A stretch of DNA of 64,000 bases from Octopus sinensis (Eukaryota). Position 1 is the stretch's first letter; the number at the start of each line of letters is the position of its first letter. Location: positions 64,604,001-64,668,000 of the forward strand of contig NC_043004.1 in the NCBI RefSeq assembly GCF_006345805.1. The letters run 5' to 3'. A model generated the notes under the pieces. That model was given only the letters and a program-made list of their open reading frames with translations, was not told the DNA's origin and did no database searches. Shown in pieces: positions 51,681 to 64,000 of this stretch. A program made the translations under genes and the position numbers.

Positions 51681-51925
51681 ATTACGGAGATGCACTTGCA
51701 TAGCAAGTGACCTGATCTGAGATCATGTGCTGGAATGAAAACAATTGCAGAGTGGAAGGTGTTTATAAGCCATTTAAGAAACACACAAAAACTGTTAGAT
51801 TCACTTCAGCATTCAAATTTAGTTTGCCAAAATATTTACGTCGCTTTACAGCACAGAATTTTGTCAGTGATCAAGTTGTGGTCTCAAAGCAACGAAAATA
51901 TTTTGGCAAATTAAATTTAAATATA
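51680..51925. mobile_element. Penelope-like element fragment with inverted partial pLTR arrangement
   Basis: 33-bp inverted repeat (about 51815-51847 versus 51886-51918, 3 mismatches) and a hammerhead-like fold on the + strand. An inverted truncated terminal repeat and hammerheads are both known PLE traits. Confidence 0.55.
51860..51910 (+). ncRNA. Variant minimal type-I hammerhead ribozyme with G3:C8 core swap
   Basis: TTTGTCA-GTGATCA-A-GTTGT ggtctcaaa GCAAC-GAAA-ATATT-T-TGGCAAA: 7-bp helix I, 5-bp helix II, GAAA, palindromic AATATT helix III. Confidence 0.6.
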
Positions 51926-51929
51926 TATG

Positions 51930-52230
51930 TAAGAGGCAAAGTGGCTGAGTTCCTTTCGAGTGTTGGGCCTCACAGAGGCAATGATCAAGACCTTTGGCTT
52001 TATGTCGTGCAAAATAACAGTTGTGGCAGATACCGGTGTCGTGCAAATTGGCACCTGTGCCAGTGGCACGTAAAAGCACTCATTACATTCTCAGAGTGGT
52101 TGGTGTTAGGAAGGGCATCCAGTTGTAGAAAACCATGCCAAATCAGACTGGAGTCTGGTGCAATCTTCCAGTGTGCCAGCCCAGCCAAACTGCCAACATG
52201 GACAACAAACATTAAATGATGATGAGATAT
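51930..52230 (+). mobile_element. RTE 3' end (ORF2 terminus plus 3' UTR)
   Basis: TTGGGCCTCACAGAGGCAATG (LGLTEAM) followed by GTGCCAGTGGCACGTAAAAGCAC and the tail. Confidence 0.75.
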
Positions 52231-52399
52231 ATATACATATATCGTAATGATGATATATATATATTTCATGCTCTATTTTATATAAATGCATATATGTATT
52301 AGCTTGTGTGTTTACACCTTATTGTTTCTGATATTCCAGTCATAAAATGTTTCCTGTTCTTCATTCTCTTTCAATATAATTAACAGATGTAAATCCATC

Positions 52400-52990
52400 A
52401 ATGCTAACTCCATATTGGTTTTAAATTTTGGCACAAGGCCAGCAATTTTGAGGTGGGTTTAAATTAATTACATTGACCCTGGTACTCCACTGGTGCTTAT
52501 TTTATTGACCCCGAAAGGATGAAAGGAAAAGTCAACCTCAGCGGAATTTGAACTCAGAATGTAAACACAGACAAAATGCCACTTAGCATTTTGCCTGGCA
52601 TCTTAATGATTCTGTCAGCTTGCTACCATGACGCTAACTCCATATTGATGTGTATCACTATTAGTAGTTTGTTTTGTGTTACTTTGACACTGCTTTGGTT
52701 TCCATTTAAACTGAATTCATTCACATTTCATCTTTGCTTCATTTTAACTCAACATTCTGAAGAATATTCTTTTCTGCTCTAGGCACAAGTCCCAAAATTT
52801 TTTAGGTAGGGGCCCAGTCAATTAGATCAACCCCAGTATGCAACTGATACTTAATTTATCGATCCCGAAAGGAAGAAAGGCAACGTCAACCTTGGTGGAA
52901 TTTGAACTCAGAACATAACAGCAAGCGAAATACCGCTAAGTATTTCGCCTGGCATGCTAATGATTCTGCCAGCTCGCCACCCTAACGAAT
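52400..52990 (-). mobile_element. Two Nin/Deu-domain SINEs
   Basis: Copies at about 52410-52640 and 52770-52985. Confidence 0.85.
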
Positions 52991-53029
52991 ATTAATGGGA
53001 CAATTTGATCATCCAGTAAATCTTCTATT

Positions 53030-54670
53030 CTTTCACTTCTTTCAGTCACTGCACCATGGCCATGCTGCAGCGCCATCTTGAAGAGTTGAACAAATTGACT
53101 CCAGTACTTATTTTTTAAAACCTGGTACTTATTCTATCGGTCTCTTTTGCTGAACTGCTAAGTCATGGAGGTGTAAACAAGCCAACACCAGTCATCGAAT
53201 GGTGTGTTGAGGACACATACACACACAAACAAGTTTCCACACAGTTTCTGCATCAAATTCGCTCACAAGGCAATGGTCAGCCTGGAGATAAAGGAGAAGA
53301 CACTTGCCCAAGGTGTTGTGCAGTGACACTGAACAACATCCCCTCCGCCAAAAGAAAACAACTAAAACAAGTACTGCAACTGATTTGTTCCACTAACTTC
53401 TTGAAGGTAGTACCCAAGCATGGCCGCAGTCCAGTGACTGAAATGTGAAATATAAATGATGATATAGGGAACTTGCAAGGGCCATTGGCTTAGCAAGTCC
53501 CTCTTCTTCCTGACTAAGACATTAAGAATAAGGTCCTTTTATTGTAAGACAGTAGAGTATGATGAGGGACATTTGGCTACTGTTTCTAGCAGGTGGAAAA
53601 GAGGACAGGCCACCCATCTATGCATGCAAAGTAAAGACAGCTGCTGTTGGTCAGTGTCCAATGAAACAACAAAAGCAAATGACAATAATTAAGCTTGTGT
53701 GTGGTATGGGTTGGGGAAGGAAGGGTCAGAGTGAAACAGCTGAAACTGATAAACATGGTGGATGCAAGGCAAGGATGGGGCAGGGTGTAGTTGTATTGTG
53801 TTCAGACAATGGAGAGACACTGAAAGACAGGAGGGACATGAACTATTAGATAGGACAGATGGATGCAGAGACAGACAGGCAGACTGACAGACGGATTGAT
53901 GGCTAAATAGATTGGTGACTGGATGCGTAGATACATAAGTTGATACATAGACAGACAGACAGACCTAATTATATATATTTTTTAATTGTTTCAGTCATTT
54001 GATTGCGGCCATTCTGGAGTACTACCTTGAAGGGTTTTAGTCGAGTAAATCAACCCCAGGACTTTTAAGCCTAGTACTTATTCTATTGGTATCTTTTGCC
54101 GAACTGCTAAGTTATGGGGACGTAAACATACCAACTCCGATTGTCAAGTGGGGATGGAGAGACAAGCACAAACACACACACACACACACACGCACACATA
54201 GATAGATAGATAGATATGACAGGCTTCCTTCAGTCTCCATCAACCAAATGCACTCACAAGGCTTTGGTCAGCCCAAGGCTATAATAAATGACACTTTCCA
54301 AGGTGCCACACAGTGGGACTGAACCTGGAACCATGTGGTTGGGAAGCAAACTTCTTACCACATAGCCACGACTATATATGTGTGTGTGCATATATTGTCA
54401 TTATGTCAAATTATAGAGAAAAACAATTTAACATTGAACTGAAGGGGACATAAACATACCAACATTGGTTGTCAAGCGATGGTGGTGGGGACAAACACAC
54501 ACACACACACACACAACTGGCTTCTTTCAGTTTCCATCTACCAAATCCATTCACAAGGCTTTGGAGCCCGCAGCTATAGTAGAAGACACTTGCCCAAGGT
54601 GTCACACAGTGAGACTGAACCAAGAACCATGTTGTTGGTAAACAAGCTACCTACCTCACAGCCACTCCTG
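53030..54670. mobile_element. SINE-A cluster (53030-53335 -, 53370-53450 + tail, 53985-54375 -, 54440-54670 -)
   Basis: Diagnostic SINE-A head, body and tail motifs. Confidence 0.85.
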
Positions 54671-55101
54671 TGCCTACATATATCATCATTATCATCATAA
54701 TTTAATGTCTGTTTTCCTTGCTGGCATGGGTTGGACGGTTTGCCAGAGTTAGTAATATATGTGTGTGCCATAGTCCCTTTCTGTGGTGGAGTCATAGGGG
54801 AACTACTGTGACATACACCATGTCTTAGATATTGTAGATCTGCCAGAACCCATGTCTTTTCATGTCTGATCACAGTCAATTTGTTCCAGAGGAACAGAAA
54901 GAGATAGACAGAAAGAATAACAGAAAGAGAAGAATCAAGCCCAGCATGAAACCAGAACTTTATTTATCATCCTCAGAAGGATGAAAGACTTCAGTATGAT
55001 TTGAACTCAGAAAGTGGAGAGCTAGAATGATTACTGCAAAGCAATCTGTTCAATGCTCTAAAGTCTCAGCCAATTGGCTGCCTTAAATATATGTGTAAAC
55101 T

Positions 55102-55150
<49 letters not shown>

Positions 55151-55403
55151 ATGTGTGGTTCACCTGTACAGAAAACAAAAGACAGACAGGTGATGGAACA
55201 ACAAACAGGTGTATTAGTTTGATGCTCGGAAAGAATGGAAAAGTCTTTAACATTTCAAGCCTATGCTCTTTGGCAGATATGGATGAGAGGAAAAAAAAAC
55301 TGGAGAGAGAGAGACAAAATGGAGACACACACATACACATATATGTGTAAAAATATATAGCATATATGAGTGCATAGATGTGTGAATATATAGATGGATA
55401 TAT

Positions 55404-55435
<32 letters not shown>

Positions 55436-56439
55436 GATATAGATATATATATAGATATGTATGTGTAATATAAATGTTTGTGTGTAATATGTATTTTCAA
55501 GTGAGAGGAAGGGAGACATGAATATCTGGTGCAGTTCTATTATGAGAAGGAAGACATCGTTAAAGGATTAACGAGGACAATATTAAAGATGATGATGATG
55601 AGAATGATATAAACAAATTAACTCCTCGTCCCCCACCCTTATCACCCCCTCCTCTCCCATCTACCTCCTCACCCTGCCCCCCCACCAACACCCCTCGCCA
55701 CAATCATCTACTGACTCCTACAGCTGAGATAAGGTAAAAACTTTAAGAAAAGACAAAGAAACAACAGGCAGAAGGTGGGAAGACCGTAGGCGGTGGGAGG
55801 AGGAGGAGGAGCAGGGCTAATGGCGGTGGCGGCGGCGACAAGCTTAGCAACGGAATAGATCTTTTCTACAAAGCTTTAAGAAAGAGGGAGAAATGAGTAA
55901 ATAAATATATGATAAAATATAAATTTTATTAAAATGTAATAAAAACAAATATATATATATATAATACTAAGAAAGATTTCAAATAAAATTGAATGGAAAT
56001 AAGGAATAAAAAACTAGATAATAACTTTTTTTTTCTTTTGTTCTTATAGTTAAAATTCACAGGAATCACAATTATGGCCTAAATTAATCTCAGAAATTTT
56101 ATTATTATTATTATTATAATTATTATTATTATTATTATTATTATTATCATCATCATTATCATTATCATTATTATTTTAATAATTTTTAGCATTTTTTTTT
56201 CTTCTCTTCCCTATCCCCTGGCAATATTTTTCAATTCATTTGTCTCTAGTAGCCCTATAATTGTTGTTCTTATGGTTGCTGTTTCAAACCTAAGAAGTGT
56301 TGTAGTGTCTGAATGGGGAATGAGGGGAGAAGGAGCGATTGGTGGAGAGAATATAGGTCACGGATTAAAAGTGCCATACAAAAATTATATGATAATTTGT
56401 GATATCCTGCAGAATTCAAAAATATAATGATGATCATAA

Positions 56440-57262
56440 TAACCCTTTCTACTATATGCACAAGGCCTGAAATTTGGGTGGGGCGACTAAGTGATTATAT
56501 TGATCCCACTGCTTGATTAGCACTTAATTTATCAACCCCAAAAGGATGAAAAGCAAAGCTGACTTCAGAAGAACTTGAACACCAAATATAAAGACAGAAA
56601 ATGCTACCAAGCATTTTTCCCGCTCTGCTAATGCTTCTGTCTGTTTGCCACCTTGTTATTATTATTATTATTAATAATAATAACAATAATAATAATAATA
56701 ATAATGGTTTTAAATTTTGCCACAAGGGCAACATTTTGGTAGGAGGGTATGAGTTGATTACATCAACCCCACTGTTCATCTGGTACTTATTTAATCGACC
56801 CCTGAAAGGATGAAAGGCAAAGTCGACCTCAGCAGAATTTGAACTCAGAATGTAGCAACAGATGAAATACCGCTAAGTATTTCATCCAGCATGCCAACAA
56901 CAATAATAATAATAATAATCCTTTCTACTATAGGCACAAGGCCTGGAATTTGGGGGGAGGGGGCCAGTCAATTAGATTGACCCCAGTAAGCAACTGGTAC
57001 TTAATTTATCAACCCTGAAAGGATGAAAGGTAAATTCAACTTTGGTGGAATTTGAACTCAGAACACAGCATCAGGCGAAATCCCGCTAAGCATTTCGTCC
57101 AGCATGCTAACCATTCTGCCAGCTTGCCACCTTAATTATAATAATTTCTATTATAGACTCAAGGCCTGAAATTCGTGGGGAGAGGCTCATTATTTCCATT
57201 CGCCCCAGAGCTTCACTGATGCTTATTTTATTGACCCTGAGACAATGAAAGGCAAAGATGAG
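56440..57262 (-). mobile_element. Four head-to-tail Nin/Deu-domain SINEs separated by (AAT)n
   Basis: Copies at about 56440-56655, 56700-56898, 56915-57135 and 57140-57262. Confidence 0.88.
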
Positions 57263-57651
57263 GAGACATTAAATGTTGAAGTTTATATCAAACTCAAATT
57301 AGTGAATAAGGAAAAAATTGAAAATGAAAGTATACACCATGTATAAAACTCTATGATGCTAATAAAACTGATATAAAAGCACCAGCCCACACCATATCAA
57401 ATCACCTATACATACACAACGCCATTTCCTGTGCTGTTATAATTGGTGTAACCCAACAGTGTGTCTGCCATATGATCCCTGCCGCATCAGTTATAGTACT
57501 TGCTGTTCAGTTGATTGTAAGATTCATGCGTGTACTGGTGGTGTGAGTTTGGTTGAGTGTAGGGTGATTTTGTGAGGGGGATGGCAGTGGTGGATTGGTT
57601 GATAGTAGATTTGATGTGGGATGATGGTAGCTGGTTAAGTGCTTTTGTGGA

Positions 57652-58350
57652 ATCATCATCATCATCATCATCATTGTTTAACGTCCGTACCAGGCTCCAG
57701 TCTGATCTGGCAGTGTTTCTACAGCTGGATGCCCTTCCTAACGCCAACCACTCTGTGAGTGTAGTGGGTGCTTTTTACGTGCCACCTGCACAGGTGCCAG
57801 GGGAGTATGGCATTGGCCACGATCGGTTGGTGCTTTTAACGTGCCACCGGCACGGAAGTCAGCCAAGGCGGCGCTGGCATCGACCACATTCAGATGGTGC
57901 TTTTTATGTGCCACCGGCACAGAAGTCAGTCGAGGCGGCGCTGGCAATGGCCACGTTCGGATGGTGCTTTTTATGTGCCACCAGCACAGGTATCACAACT
58001 ACTATTTCCATTGATATTTATTTCAAAGTTCATGTACTTGACTCAACAGGTCTCCTCAAGCACAGCGGAATGTTCTGGAATCCAAGGTACTTTGAATGGG
58101 CAGGGGCTATGCAGAACTGGTGCAGGAAGCAGCCCGGGTCTTTGCAGTCACAGCATATCTCCAGAGATCTCGGTCCTTCGCCATTTCCTCTGTGAGGCCC
58201 AACGCTCTGAGGTCATGCTTGACTACCTCATCCCATGTCTTCCTGGGTCTACCTCTCTCCCTGATACCTTCAACTGTTTGGGAGTGGCACTTCTTCACAC
58301 ATCTCTCCTCATCCATCCGCAGTACATGACCATACCATCGCAAGCGTCAG
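57652..58350 (-). mobile_element. 5'-truncated RTE-clade LINE (ORF2 C-terminus plus 3' UTR plus (GAT)n)
   Basis: ORF 58107-58343 MRWYGHVLRM...GRPRKTWDEVVKHDL...DRDLWR is the typical RTE C-terminus; the 3' UTR has ~66-bp repeats. Confidence 0.9.
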
Positions 58351-58732
58351 CATATACAGGGCAATGAAAGTGTGATGATTATATTGGTGTTTGTTGATCA
58401 TGAAAAATGATGGCAGCAGTTGCATAAGTTTGGTGAAGTGGGCCAAGAGATATTCACAGCAATACCTGCAACAGCATGTAAATTCAATTTGTAATAGATA
58501 AATTTAAAATAATAGTTAAACTACAGTTTTTATGTCTTTCTCTATAGAGCTTGAAACAGATATAAATAAACAGCTTGTTTCTTCTACACACATAAAAAAA
58601 TGAAGGAGATTGCCCTTACATGTTTCTCAGTTCATTGACCACTTATCAGAGGATAAGGCCAGAAGAATAAGTGGATGCTGGGATTACTATTCATACAAGT
58701 ATCAGACTGATGCTACTGCTTTTAAAAGAAAC

Positions 58733-59070
58733 CTATTCATACATTTATCAGATCCCTATATAAACATTAGATTCTTGCTCATACATTCACCAGATGCCTA
58801 TTCATCTATTTTAGTGGATCCCTGTTTCTACATTTATTGGATGCCTGCTCATACATTTATGAGATCCATGTAGTACATATGCTAAAGCCATTCAACATGT
58901 GTTGAATCCAATCTATGCAATATAGTTTTGTATCCAAGTTAACTCATTTATTGAATTTCTATTTATTAATTTATTGAATCCATCTGAGAAATCAATTGGA
59001 TCCTTATAAGATGCTCTTATTTCCATACTTACATATGTTGGTTTTTGCTATTGGATCTATATTTCTATAT
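58733..59070 (+). repeat. Degenerate ~23-bp minisatellite
   Basis: Units like CCTATTCATACATTTATCAGATC recur with decay. Confidence 0.65.
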
Positions 59071-60817
59071 TTACCAAATTCCTACAATAGAAAACCCCAA
59101 TGCACACAGAGAGATACTCATTATTTTTTCTCTCTCATTTGCATACCCCTTCAACATACATTTACAGTTCTGCTACATACATCATACCTGAATTATGTGT
59201 TTAACTTTACAGCAATGAGTAGAGGTAGGACAGACAAGTGGGTACCAACTTGTACATTGTGAGTTCAAATGTCTGCCAGGGAATTCTGTTGGGCTTGTTT
59301 TATAATATAGATAGAACAGTGTCTAGATAGGTAGATTACTGGTTAGATAAGAAAAAAATATATGCAAATCGATGCATAGACACATTGAATGTTATAGTGA
59401 CAAATATAACTAGATTAACTGACAGAAGGCTATAGACAGATAACTAGACACATACCTAAGGGTGGATTGATAAATAGTGAAACCATGTAATGGATAGAAT
59501 AATATATTGCTAGAGAATAAATTATAATAAGAATAACATATTTGTATATGTATATATATATATATATATTATATATATATATACACACACATACACACAC
59601 ACATATATTTCTTTATTGCCCACAGATATACATATATACACGGACACACATATATATAGATATATGTGTGTGTATGTACGTTCTTGTCCCATTTTGTATG
59701 TCATATATATATTATATATATATATACATTTATACATACATACACACACACACAAAGAGAGTGTTATAATTAGGTAGGGAACATACACTATCTCACAGAC
59801 TCATATTAGTCTGTGTATGTACAAATGTGTGTGTGTACGTGTGCTTTCTATACACAAAGATTTGAATATATATACTCATGTAATCATTGCTGCCAATGTA
59901 AACACATACACGTGACATACCTATACACACAGATAAATAAAACACACACAAGTATTTATTCATATATAAGTACATATCTACATATTTGCATGCGTGTGTA
60001 TATATATATATATGTATGTATATATATATGTATGTATGTATGTATGTAAACACATACATTCACTCATACAAATTGATAATGCACCACAAGTATCAATACA
60101 TCCCAGTATATATATTCAAATTTCTAAGTATATCAATACAACACATACATATGTGTGCAGCAGTGTGTGAAGAGAGAAAATAGAGAGTATGGCTTGAAGG
60201 GCTGTAATACAATTTACCCTATCAAAGGTATTGAGTTCTCTGTACTTTGTTTATAAAGTTTATCTGCAAGGAGAAATACCTAAAATTAATATGTATGTAC
60301 GTGTGTATATACATACGTAACTACCACATCATCCCTAGACAAACACCATCAGCCACTTGTCTCCAGAATTTCCTCTCCTGTATTGTGTCTGGTTGGTTGC
60401 TTTTCAGCCGACCAGAGCATACATCTGCGTGCATATGTGTGTGTGTGTGTGTGTTGTGTGTGTGTGTGTGTAAATACTGACTTATGCACAGATATTCAAA
60501 TTGCAACAATGGAATCGTCTGTAAAGATGCAGATGAGGAAGAGGGGAAGGGAGATGAGAATAATGATGATCATCATCATCTTGAGAGGACTTATTGTCCA
60601 AGTGATGGTAATGGTAATGGTGGTGGTGGTGATGATGGTTGTTGTCTAATGTTTGTTAACATCAACACTTTCATCTACTTAAACACAACAAACACCTTTA
60701 TTTTTCTTTTGTTTCCTTCTCTCGCTCCTCTTCATCATTTGCTTACATTACCCTGCATTGATAAATTACCCATCTTCATCATCATCAATGTTGTTATTAT
60801 TATTATTATTATTATTA

Positions 60818-60864
<47 letters not shown>

Positions 60865-61329
60865 GTTATTGGCAGGATCCGAGCCAAGTTCTCTGTCTAA
60901 AAGGTTTTAATCCATAATTAGACAGGTCCCTCACTGAAAAAAGAAAAAAAAAATTTGGCAGTGTTAGATCACAGTGAAGATTGAAATGTTGCTGTTGTTG
61001 TTGTTTTTTAGGCCTATGCCAATCCTCATAAAGTTGGACCTATGATCAAAAGCTTTCCATTTAAGACCATGCTCTCTTCTATGTCTTTTTTTTTTTGTTT
61101 CATACGGTGTATCTAGGAATATATTATTTGATGTGCGTTTCCTTTTCCTGTTTTTTTTTATTCTGTTTTTTATTATAAGATAGTTACATGATATCGGAGG
61201 GAGATTTGGTTGCTATTTCTAGCAGGTCAAGTGACCATGTACTGATTTTTTATCTAGGTGTAACAATGGGCTACAATGGTTCTATATATACTGTCTATAT
61301 TACTGATAATGTGTTCTATCTAAGACCTG

Positions 61330-61890
61330 TGTGTGTGTGTAGATGCCTGCCTGTATGGTTAAGAAGTTGGCATCACAACCTCATGGTTCTATCACTCTGC
61401 ACAGATGTGTTCTATGACTTTCGGCTGAGCAAAGCCTTGTGAGTGGATTTAGTAGACAGAAACTGAATGAAGGTAGGTCATTGCATATGTATGTATATAT
61501 ATAGATATATATTATGTATGTATGCATAGGCGCAGGAGTGGCTGTGTGGTAAGAAGCTTGCTTTCCAGCCACATGGTTCTTTGACTGTGAACATGTTGAA
61601 CATGGTTCTATGTTCAGTCCCACTGCGTGGCACCTTGGGCAAGTGTCCTCTTCTATAGCCTCAAGCTAACCAAAGCTTTGTGAGTGGATTTGGTAGACGG
61701 AAACTGAAAGAAGCCCATAGCATATGTGTGTGTGTTATTTGTGTCATGTAGCACTTTGGCAAAAGAGACCAATAGAATAAGTAGTAGGCTTACGAAGAAT
61801 AAGTCTTATTCTTACAAAGAATAAGATTTGTTCGACTATAGGTGGTGCTCCAGCATGGCCACAGTCAAATGACTGAAACAAGTAAGAGTG
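61330..61890 (+). mobile_element. Degenerate SINE-A head followed by a full SINE-A (61529-61890)
   Basis: Two successive heads; the second copy is complete with its tail. Confidence 0.85.
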
Positions 61891-62269
61891 TGCATGTGTT
61901 TATGCCTCTTAGCCTTGACATCATACGATGGTTGGCTGTGTGGTAACTAACTAGCTTAACAACCACATGGTTCCCAAAGTGTGTATGCATGTGACTGGGG
62001 ACCTCATGTGAACTTGTATTCCAACTGAAGCTCCGTACATATTTATTTCTTTATTGCCCACCGGGGGCTAAACATTGAGGGGACAAAAAAGGACAAAGTC
62101 AATAACTGGTACTTATTTAATCAACCCCAAAAGGCAAAGTCAACCATGGTGGAATTTGAACTCAAAACGTAGTGGCAAACAAAATACCACTACGCATTTC
62201 ACCTCCTGGTGGGGCACATTTGTCAAATTTGCAAGCTGGATTTTCTGGACTGCAGGCAAAAGTATTACG

Positions 62270-62480
62270 TTACCTGCTAGAACATAAGGGCTGATCTTTG
62301 ACTGTGAACATGTTGAACCTGTTGGCCATAAAGGCACCACCTGTGCAAGTAGTACATGAAATTCAAAATACTGAGACCAGTTTTCATCACTTCTGACCTG
62401 GTCATCTTCCTCTTTTACAAGCTCCTTCTACTTGGATGTCTTAGCACTTCTTCCCCACATCACCCCCACATTATATGTCT
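62270..62480 (-). mobile_element. Degenerate RTE ORF2 3' remnant
   Basis: Minus strand reads KC*DIQVEGACKRGR..., similar to the KCHSQTVEGIRERGRPR segment of 58107-58343. Confidence 0.5.
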
Positions 62481-63639
62481 GTACCTGCAAAGTATTTTCT
62501 CTTACAAACAACATTAGATTCCTCTGTTGACTATTTATTGTGAAAAAAGGGGTCCACTATACTCCATAATGTGGTAGGTGTTAAGAAGGGCATACAACCA
62601 TTGAAGCCATGCAAAAATGAAACGTATGAAAGTTAGATGTGGTTTTCTAAGCATTCTAGGGGAATGGTAACTCTGAATCATAACTGATTTGGACCACGGT
62701 GACCCACCGACCTTGTGCCATAGAGATGCAGATATACGTACACACATACATGCATTTGCTTTGAGATACACATACACACACACGTGCACACACACACACA
62801 CACACACACAGATACATGTAGACAGATCAGATACACTCATAAAACACATATTCATATAATGTTATAAAACTGAAACCAAACAAGACCAAGTCGTTTTGTT
62901 GGCAATTAATAAGGCTTTGTTAATTAGTTTGGTGTGAAATGTTGATATAATAAATTAAAAATTAAAATTGACCAAACAAAGCTAAAAGATAAGGATGATG
63001 GTGGTGGGGATGGTGGAGTGAAAGGGAGAGGGAGAGGGCCAGTGGGAAGGGGTTGGGGCTGTTGATATTAATGATTTCTGATAGTTATTATGTTGGTGCC
63101 GATGATGATGATGATGATGCTTCTCCTCGTTTGTATAATCAACATAGTTATGAAGATCACCATCATTTTGTTATCATCATCACCATTATCATTACCACAT
63201 CCCCATCGCCATCACAATTATCCAGCCTAGCATCACCATCATCATCATCAACATTTTTTCTACTATCACCACTAGTAACATCACCACAATCACTACCACC
63301 ACCATCACTAGTATCAGCATTAATAACATCATCACCACCATCATCACCAGCTTTGGTCAGCATGGTGGTGAAAAAAAAAACCCTGAAAAGAAATTCTTCA
63401 AAGCGTAAACCTTTCCGGAAGAGAAGGAATTATCTCCCTTCAACTGGCTCCAGCTGTGTCCAAAAAGGGGTCAGTTTATGCATTCTTACCTTCATTAGTT
63501 CTTTGGTTACGTGCCTCTGTCAGGTCACCTATATTGCTAAGAACAATAATAGACATGAGACCAATGGTAACTTTCTGAGTAGACATTTTTAGAGTATGCT
63601 CTTTCTGTTCAAATTATGAACTTGTGGTAAGTAGATTAC

Positions 63640-63780
63640 TTATGAACCACATGGTTCCAGGTTCAGTCCCACTGCATGGCACCTTGGGCTAGTGTTTTCT
63701 ACTATAACCTCAGGCCAACCAAAGACGTGAGTGTATTTGGTAGACAGAAACTGAAAGAAGCCCATCGTATATATATGTAT

Positions 63781-63849
<69 letters not shown>

Positions 63850-64000
63850 GCATGTGTGAGTGTGTGTGTATATGTTTGTGTGTCCGTGTTTGTCCCCCCA
63901 ACATCGCTTGACAACTGATGCTGGTGTGTTTACGTCCTCGTAACTTAGTGGTTTAGCAAAAGAGACCGATAGAATAAGTACTAGGCTTACAAAGAATAAG
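63640..64000 (+). mobile_element. SINE-A running off the window end
   Basis: AACCACATGGTTCCAGGTTCAGTCCCACTGCATGGCACCTTGGGC...(TA)n...CTAGGCTTACAAAGAATAAG. Confidence 0.9.

Noticed and set aside
55700-55860. 10-nt micro-exon (CTACAG|CTGAGATAAG|GTAAAA) and adjacent GC-rich tract
   Set aside because: Not frame-preserving, no supporting neighbouring exons, and the GC tract is mostly GGA/GGC low complexity.

Overview
AT-rich, repeat-dense animal genomic DNA, probably an intergenic or large-intron region of an octopus (coleoid cephalopod) genome. The organism is inferred from my recognition of the SINE/LINE families and the very high microsatellite load; no database search was run. No host gene, rRNA, tRNA gene or CRISPR array can be supported, and nearly all listed ORFs are translations of microsatellites. 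The window opens with a ~7 kb (TA)n/TATG array carrying two 5'-truncated CR1-group LINEs. It also holds a third CR1, several RTE 3' ends, an R4/Dong-like endonuclease remnant, a deleted maT (DD37D) transposon with both TIRs, a Helentron-type HINE, and dozens of tRNA-derived SINEs from at least four families (labelled here SINE-A, Nin/Deu-type, B/D and C). Highlights: (1) three minimal type-I hammerhead ribozyme folds in Penelope-like fragments, one with the core C3:G8 tertiary pair swapped to G3:C8 (51860-51910); (2) a 3' stem-loop tail shared, with compensatory changes, between the CR1-group LINEs and SINE-A; (3) apparent partitioning of retroelement families among microsatellite types; (4) a satellite formed from a SINE tail; (5) tight inverted SINE pairs that could form dsRNA. 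Repeat boundaries are approximate.
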